64,000 nucleotides of DNA, from positions 1 through 64,000 of the IMG/VR virus record IMGVR_UViG_3300037475_000240. One strand, 5' to 3'. The translations under genes were made by a program, and so were the position numbers. This document shows positions 58,876 through 64,000 of this stretch, piece by piece (positions within the stretch are counted from its first letter, which is position 1; every line of letters starts with the position of its first letter). The notes under the pieces were generated by a model, which saw only the letters and a list, made by a program, of their open reading frames with translations, was not told where the DNA came from and did no database searches. Source of the DNA: a virus.

Positions 58876-59337
58876 TTAGACTAACTCAGGGTACTTAATT
58901 AATACCGCATTTTTAGCTGATGGAGTCAATTGACTTAATAAAGCTTTCACTAATTTCTTATTTTCTGCTAATTTAGCAGGTAAGTAAGTTGGAACCTTAT
59001 GGAGTTCGTTGGCTGGTACACCAAGTTTACTGGCAGCTAATTTTACAATTGGCTCGCCTTTGTAAGAAATTTGAAGATCTCCGGCAGTCTTGGAAAGAAA
59101 TACTTCCCAACCAGCATCAGCTTTTAATTCTTCTGTTTCTTCATTATAAATAGAGACAATGTAATCGCCATCCTCTGCGCTCTGGACTTGCCAAAGATCA
59201 GCCGATTTATCACCATCTTTAAATCTTACGATATCAAATGCTACGGTCTCAAGTTGATCCTTAACATCTGATAATCTATAAGCTTTTTTATAGATTTTCT
59301 GCTCAACACCCGTATAATCTACTGAAAACTTTGTCAT
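58876..59337 (-). CDS. Hypothetical protein, first gene of the late head region
   Basis: GGGAG SD favours start 59337. Confidence 0.7.
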   Translation of the reverse strand: MTKFSVDYTGVEQKIYKKAYRLSDVKDQLETVAFDIVRFKDGDKSADLWQVQSAEDGDYIVSIYNEETEELKADAGWEVFLSKTAGDLQISYKGEPIVKLAASKLGVPANELHKVPTYLPAKLAENKKLVKALLSQLTPSAKNAVLIKYPELV

Positions 59338-59439
59338 TACGACTCCCGTAAAATCGAACATATCCCTATCGTAGATAAGAAAATATTGATAATATTCTGA
59401 CTTTATTAATAATTAAAGCCACTTATATTTTCCAAAATA

Positions 59440-59664
59440 TTACCAAAAGACTAAAAGTTTTAATTTTTTAGGAAAATCTGCCTCTGAAACTTGCTCTCCA
59501 TACAAATAATATTTTGCTTTCTTAAAATACTTATGAATATAAGCTGGACCAGTTTCTCTGTGAAGTTTACCTTCCAAATACCAAATCTCTTCTCCATCTA
59601 TATTTTTTAACACTTTGTAAGTTTTATTACCCTAATTGTAGAAATTCTTTTTACCATTTTTCAT
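59440..59664 (-). pseudogene. LHRExGPA-motif small protein absent from the ORF track; in-frame TAG at codon 11 (alternatively GTG start at 59613)
   Basis: MKNGKKNFYN*GNKTYKVLKNIDGEEIWYLEGKLHRETGPAYIH...LKLLVFW. Confidence 0.6.
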
Positions 59665-60091
59665 CACGGGCAGCTTGCATTTTATTAAGGATGTCTTTAA
59701 TCTTGTCATCGTTCTCTATAATTTTCCTAATCTTCTTGCGCGCGCCTCCGTATACCTTTTTCCCATTTTTATAATCTACATTTCCGTTAAGTGACTTTGT
59801 TATACTGCTTTGATTCACATTAAGCATTTTAGCTATCTCCATTTGGGTATAGCCATCAGCGTAAAGTCTAATTACTTCTTTTTGTCTTGGAGTTAATAGT
59901 GTATCAACCACTCTCCAGAACTCTATTTTGAGTTGTTCTTCAAGCTCAATAAGTGTTTCATTATATTCAAATGGATTAAGTCTAGCAGAAATAGAATCTT
60001 CATTACAGAAGGCTTCCATCATGTCATTTGAACATACAGTTTCTAATAATATATATTGGTACTTATCTGAGCGATTCTTTCTCTTTTCCAT
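59651..60091 (-). CDS. Sigma70 region 4/LuxR-type HTH protein
   Basis: LTPRQKEVIRLYADGYTQMEIAKMLNVNQSSITKSL; AGGA SD. Confidence 0.8.
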   Translation of the reverse strand: MEKRKNRSDKYQYILLETVCSNDMMEAFCNEDSISARLNPFEYNETLIELEEQLKIEFWRVVDTLLTPRQKEVIRLYADGYTQMEIAKMLNVNQSSITKSLNGNVDYKNGKKVYGGARKKIRKIIENDDKIKDILNKMQAARDEKW

Positions 60092-60101
60092 AATAGTCCT
60101 T

Positions 60102-60800
60102 TTATAATTTTACATTATGTCTTAACAAGATATCTCTAATAGTAGTTTTACCACAATTAAATTGTTTAGCCAAAGCAGTTCTTGTTATACTTTCATTTGC
60201 ATATAATTCACATATCTCTTTTTCTTGATCTAAAGTAAATATATTTCTACCATTAAAATGTCCTATATAATTTGATTGTCTAATAGATATATTTTCTCTA
60301 ATTAAAATATTCTGAATAACACTCCTATAACAATCAAAATTTTTAGCCAAAGCATATGTAGACATCTCTTCTTCCACATATAATCTACAAATTTCCAATT
60401 CAACTTCTTCAGAAAACTTACGTTTATTTAATTTGGGCACACCTGCCGCTGCTTGAGACATATTCAATTTATGCTCATCATCAAATTTCTTACCTAAATT
60501 AGTAGGTCCACCCTCGCCTCCTGGTGTATCATTATACCCACAAGGAGATTTATAAGTATCAAAATAGGCAATCCAATCTATTTCACCTTGAATCATTTTT
60601 TCTTTATTAGAATAAGTTTCAATCATTCTAATATTAAAATTATTTTCACCATATTTTCTTATAGCTTTAAAAAGTGAAGTAGAGCTACTTTGTTTTGCTT
60701 TACTAATATGTCTTTGAAGTCTAACTTCAAGTGGTACTTCAGTGTATCCTACGTACATCTTATTATTAATTTTATTTACAATTACATATACTTTATACAC
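60102..60800 (-). CDS. GIY-YIG homing endonuclease with two C-terminal HTH repeats
   Basis: KVYVIVNKINNKMYVG, RL..H, KYG..NF, GYN.T.GG. Confidence 0.85.
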   Translation of the reverse strand: MYKVYVIVNKINNKMYVGYTEVPLEVRLQRHISKAKQSSSTSLFKAIRKYGENNFNIRMIETYSNKEKMIQGEIDWIAYFDTYKSPCGYNDTPGGEGGPTNLGKKFDDEHKLNMSQAAAGVPKLNKRKFSEEVELEICRLYVEEEMSTYALAKNFDCYRSVIQNILIRENISIRQSNYIGHFNGRNIFTLDQEKEICELYANESITRTALAKQFNCGKTTIRDILLRHNVKL

Positions 60801-60812
60801 AGCAAGTATATA

Positions 60813-61577
60813 TCAATTCTCAATGCTTAATTCCATATTTTCATACGATACATCTTTTAAATACTCATCTATGTCTTTATATTTTTGTGGAAGATAAAAG
60901 TTTTGTATATTTGCATATTTTCCGAATTTATCTATAATACGTTTTCTTCCCTTTAAACCTGCTTCATCATTATCTAATAACAAAAATACATTTTCTGTAT
61001 ATCTTGTAATTAAAGAAAACTGATATTGTGATAAACTTGCCGAACCAATACCTAGAACATTATTAAATCCTTTCTCATAAGATTTAATAACATCTAATTG
61101 TCCTTCAACTAAAAAGACACTATCTTTTTCTATAATTGATTTTTTATTTTCGTATAAACCAAATATATGATTTGTCTTTGTAAAACCAAAAGTGTTTTTA
61201 TATTTTGAAATACTTTTTTCTTGCCTTTCATGTTCAGATAAAAGAGTTCTTCCTACTAATGCTACAACTGAACCATAACAATCTCTAAATGGAATAATAA
61301 GAGGATAGTCTTCAAAATAACAAAAATTAAGGGTTCTAGGATAAAGAGAATCTTCTATTTCTTTAGTGAAAATTAAAGAAGACTCTTTTAAACAATCCAT
61401 TCCAACCAAAGAAGATATTACATCAATATTATTCATGCCTGGGAAATATCCAAACTTAAATACCTCTTGACAATCTTTACTCACTCTCGAATCTAAATAA
61501 TCTTGACATGCCTGTGCATCAGGATAATTTTGTAATAAGAATCTGCAAGAATCTGAAATTTTTTCAAAATTATTCAT
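60813..61577 (-). CDS. dnaG: DnaG-type primase catalytic core (TOPRIM) without N-terminal Zn-binding domain
   Basis: YL.SR, IIPF.D..G.VV...GR, KYKN, LVEG..D, LDND.AG, KDIDEY. Confidence 0.88.
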   Translation of the reverse strand: MNNFEKISDSCRFLLQNYPDAQACQDYLDSRVSKDCQEVFKFGYFPGMNNIDVISSLVGMDCLKESSLIFTKEIEDSLYPRTLNFCYFEDYPLIIPFRDCYGSVVALVGRTLLSEHERQEKSISKYKNTFGFTKTNHIFGLYENKKSIIEKDSVFLVEGQLDVIKSYEKGFNNVLGIGSASLSQYQFSLITRYTENVFLLLDNDEAGLKGRKRIIDKFGKYANIQNFYLPQKYKDIDEYLKDVSYENMELSIEN

Positions 61578-61902
61578 CTGATTGTTTTTTCAATTTTTCT
61601 CTCAACATAATCTTAAAAGGTTCACTCAATTGATCTAGTGGTTTTTTGCAACCTGCACATACTATATCCTTACCCATTAATAGTGGACGATCATCTTTTC
61701 CACATAAATTACACTTAACCCCAAATGCAACAGAATTCTTTTTTCTAAATTGTTTATTTGATTTTAATTGAACCTTAGTAAAATGTGTAACATTTAATAA
61801 TTCTCCATCACAAATAGAACAATAAACTTTATCTGTTTTAGGATCTATATAAGGTTCCATTTGCTTATAACAACCTTTAATTGAACAACTCATAGAAAAC
61901 AT
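61570..61902 (-). CDS. Double zinc-ribbon protein
   Basis: CSIKGC, CSIC, CNLC, CAGC. Confidence 0.7.
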   Translation of the reverse strand: MFSMSCSIKGCYKQMEPYIDPKTDKVYCSICDGELLNVTHFTKVQLKSNKQFRKKNSVAFGVKCNLCGKDDRPLLMGKDIVCAGCKKPLDQLSEPFKIMLREKLKKQSDE

Positions 61903-61904
61903 TA

Positions 61905-62861
61905 TTACTCCAATGCTTTAATTAAAGGTTCTACATCAACAGGATATGATACATTTAAAATAACTTTATGAGATCCTATTTTATTAATTCCTGCATTAGG
62001 AATAATGACCTCTTCTTTATTTCTAGATAACGGATCTATTTTTATATCTTTATCACCAATAACAGTTCTTATAACTTTAGTGCATCCTTTAATAGCATCT
62101 AATAAAGTAATATTTAAATCACTAATTACAAATTCATCCTCAAGTCTCATATCTTTATCTTTTTCTACATTTAGAACAAGAAAAGCATCAGTATATTGAT
62201 CTATATGTCCAAGATTACCTACAAAATTACCCATTTGATTTAATCTTAATGCATTTTGATCATGAACTCCACCAGGTATAGTTACATTAACAGATGATTC
62301 ACTTTTAATAATTCCATCACTACAAACATCACATTTTTTAGATTGTGCTTTTCCAAAACAAAGATCGCAAGGTTGAACCATAATCATACCACGTTGTTGA
62401 ATCATGACATGACCACTGCCACCACATTTTTTACAACCAGTATTTAATTTAAATTTACCTTGTCCATTACAGGTATTACACTTAATATCTCTAGTATATT
62501 TTATTTCTTTTTTACATCCTAAAATTGACTCAATAAAAGAAATGTTTGTTGAACATTGAATATGTTCTGAGTGCCTAAATCTTTGTACGTTTCCTCCGCC
62601 AGAAAAACCAAATCCACTAAAATCAAAACCTATTCCGCCAGTACCATCGCTAAATTGATCTTCATTTATTTCTCTTGGTCCAGGATTAATAATTCTTTGA
62701 TAAGCCTCATTTATTTCTTTGAATTTGGCTTCGGCATCTTTATTTCCAGGATTTTTATCTGGATGGAGCTTTTTACTAAGTTCTCTAAATTTCTTCTTGA
62801 CCTCATCATCACTTGCTGTCGGATCAATTTCTAACTTTGAATAAGCTTCACTACGATTCAT
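61905..62861 (-). CDS. dnaJ: DnaJ (Hsp40) chaperone
   Basis: J domain with HPD and FKEINEAY, G/F region, CxxCxGxG repeats, C-terminal domain. Confidence 0.92.
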   Translation of the reverse strand: MNRSEAYSKLEIDPTASDDEVKKKFRELSKKLHPDKNPGNKDAEAKFKEINEAYQRIINPGPREINEDQFSDGTGGIGFDFSGFGFSGGGNVQRFRHSEHIQCSTNISFIESILGCKKEIKYTRDIKCNTCNGQGKFKLNTGCKKCGGSGHVMIQQRGMIMVQPCDLCFGKAQSKKCDVCSDGIIKSESSVNVTIPGGVHDQNALRLNQMGNFVGNLGHIDQYTDAFLVLNVEKDKDMRLEDEFVISDLNITLLDAIKGCTKVIRTVIGDKDIKIDPLSRNKEEVIIPNAGINKIGSHKVILNVSYPVDVEPLIKALE

Positions 62862-63412
62862 TTTTTCTTACCTTTGGGTTTCACTTTGCCAGTCAACAAT
62901 AAAGCATGATAAAGAGCAACAGCAATGCCATCCGCCATATCATAATTTTCTATTTTTATTTTACCTTTTTTGTTAAACTGGTAAGGGAATGTAATTCCTA
63001 AATGTTTAGCGACAAGCTCGGGCATTTGTTCTTTTTTTGGGAAGATATTATTTTCTTTTAATCCGTGCCTAATAGACATCACATTAAACATATCTGGACT
63101 GGCTTTTAAATAATCATAGGCTAATAAACAAACCATTCTATTAAATGTAGTTAACATAATAATTGTTTTAGCAGTACTTTTGCCTTGCATAAATTGAATA
63201 ATTTCTTCAATACCAATATAGTCTGGTTTTATTTCTTCTATAATAGACTTTATCTTATTTCTAGTATCAACTACTCTTTCTATAATAGAACCTTTTTTTA
63301 AAGGCTTTAAATAATTAGCAGAAATAAATTTAATTTCGTTATCATCTACTTCTAATACACAATATCCTATACATGAACTAGAACAATCTATACCTAAAAC
63401 AATTTTACTCAT
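62858..63412 (-). CDS. ruvC: RuvC-like Holliday junction resolvase
   Basis: VLGID, IGIEE, DMADGIAVA. Confidence 0.85.
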   Translation of the reverse strand: MSKIVLGIDCSSSCIGYCVLEVDDNEIKFISANYLKPLKKGSIIERVVDTRNKIKSIIEEIKPDYIGIEEIIQFMQGKSTAKTIIMLTTFNRMVCLLAYDYLKASPDMFNVMSIRHGLKENNIFPKKEQMPELVAKHLGITFPYQFNKKGKIKIENYDMADGIAVALYHALLLTGKVKPKGKKK

Positions 63413-63434
63413 AGAGTATTATATAACAAATAAA

Positions 63435-63460
63435 AAAGGGATACATCACTGTATCCCTTT
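63435..63460 (-). terminator. Intrinsic terminator after the ssDNA-binding protein gene
   Basis: AAAGGGATACA-gtga-TGTATCCCTTT then tttattt on the minus strand; GNRA loop. Confidence 0.85.
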
Positions 63461-63488
63461 CTTCACACTTCATTTAAGCTATTAAAGC

Positions 63489-63998
63489 TTATTGTCCATC
63501 ATAAGCTGGAAAAGAACCATCCAACTCTTCATCGTCAGTCATGCTAACGGTTGGGGCTTTTACGGCTGGCTTTACAGCTGCAGTAACGGCACCAGTTGAA
63601 CCACCATTAATCTTGTCAATTCTCTTTTGAACCAAATCAGGAGTTGGTGGAGTTACTTTACGCTTCAATTCATCTAAATCAGCACTATCTTTGATAACTT
63701 GATCCGCGGCAGATAATGGCTCTTTTGGTACTGGTTGTACTGAATAGTATCCAGTTGCGCCACCTTGTTTGTCAACTACGATATTAAGATCGTACTTGGT
63801 TGGATCTCCCCATTTTGGATTCTTGGCTAATTTTCTAACTGTAGAAAAAATAGCATAAGAAATATCTAAAATCTTATAGGTATTAGTCTTACGGCTAATT
63901 ACGCCAAGCAACCAACGTGGCTTTGCTTTATCTCCCATATCACACAATGGACAGCTGCCATGAACAGCTGAACAATATACTTTTTGACCAAACTTGTC
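63489..63998 (-). CDS. Single-stranded DNA-binding protein (T4 gp32-like), 5' end outside the window
   Basis: Frame open to the window edge: YCSAVHGSCPLC, GDPTKYDLNI, acidic C-terminal tail. Confidence 0.7.
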   Translation of the reverse strand, partial: DKFGQKVYCSAVHGSCPLCDMGDKAKPRWLLGVISRKTNTYKILDISYAIFSTVRKLAKNPKWGDPTKYDLNIVVDKQGGATGYYSVQPVPKEPLSAADQVIKDSADLDELKRKVTPPTPDLVQKRIDKINGGSTGAVTAAVKPAVKAPTVSMTDDEELDGSFPAYDGQ

Positions 63999-64000
63999 AG

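Noticed and set aside
17432-60800. Homing endonucleases as markers of group I introns or inteins
   Set aside because: Each sits between complete genes with only short spacers; flanking genes are not split, and terminase and primase show no intein motifs.
490-62834. Many 60-130 aa antisense or off-frame ORFs in the track (e.g. 1872, 5640, 11144, 16687, 22485, 25421, 35470, 36193, 52879, 62571)
   Set aside because: They lie within longer motif-bearing genes and have no SD or recognisable motifs; treated as shadow ORFs.
1-64000. Genome-wide stop-codon reassignment
   Set aside because: Standard-code ORFs tile the window densely, with intact genes up to 1782 aa; only one small ORF has an internal TAG.

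Overview
Strongly AT-rich, gene-dense segment of a large tailed dsDNA phage genome (Caudoviricetes, probably jumbo-size; host not identifiable from this window). Almost all genes are on the minus strand. From the right edge leftwards: a replication block (ssDNA-binding protein, RuvC, DnaJ, Zn-ribbon protein, DnaG-type primase core, sigma-region-4 HTH protein); a very long head-morphogenesis region of about 34 kb (terminase large subunit, portal, 1155-aa protease/scaffold, two paralogous decoration-like proteins, HK97-like major capsid protein, and about 25 interspersed unknown or cargo genes including a lytic transglycosylase, a CX5R phosphatase and a divergent CCA-family nucleotidyltransferase); a Ser/Thr/Asn-rich repeat fibre with an adjacent glycosyltransferase and methyltransferase; then neck/adaptor, fibre and spike genes. 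Free-standing homing endonucleases are scattered throughout. No tRNA, rRNA, CRISPR array, tail sheath, tail tube or tape measure was recognised. The strongest unexplained signal is shared short peptide modules (a K-x-A motif, an L-x3-A-x2-LD-x2-G-x4-A helical module, and an acidic D-x-N-D-A motif) recurring across many otherwise unrelated head-region proteins and flanking the domains of a 2H-phosphoesterase/ParB fusion. This suggests a tag-and-cleave system for packaging cargo enzymes into the virion. All calls come from reading motifs by eye; no database searches were run.
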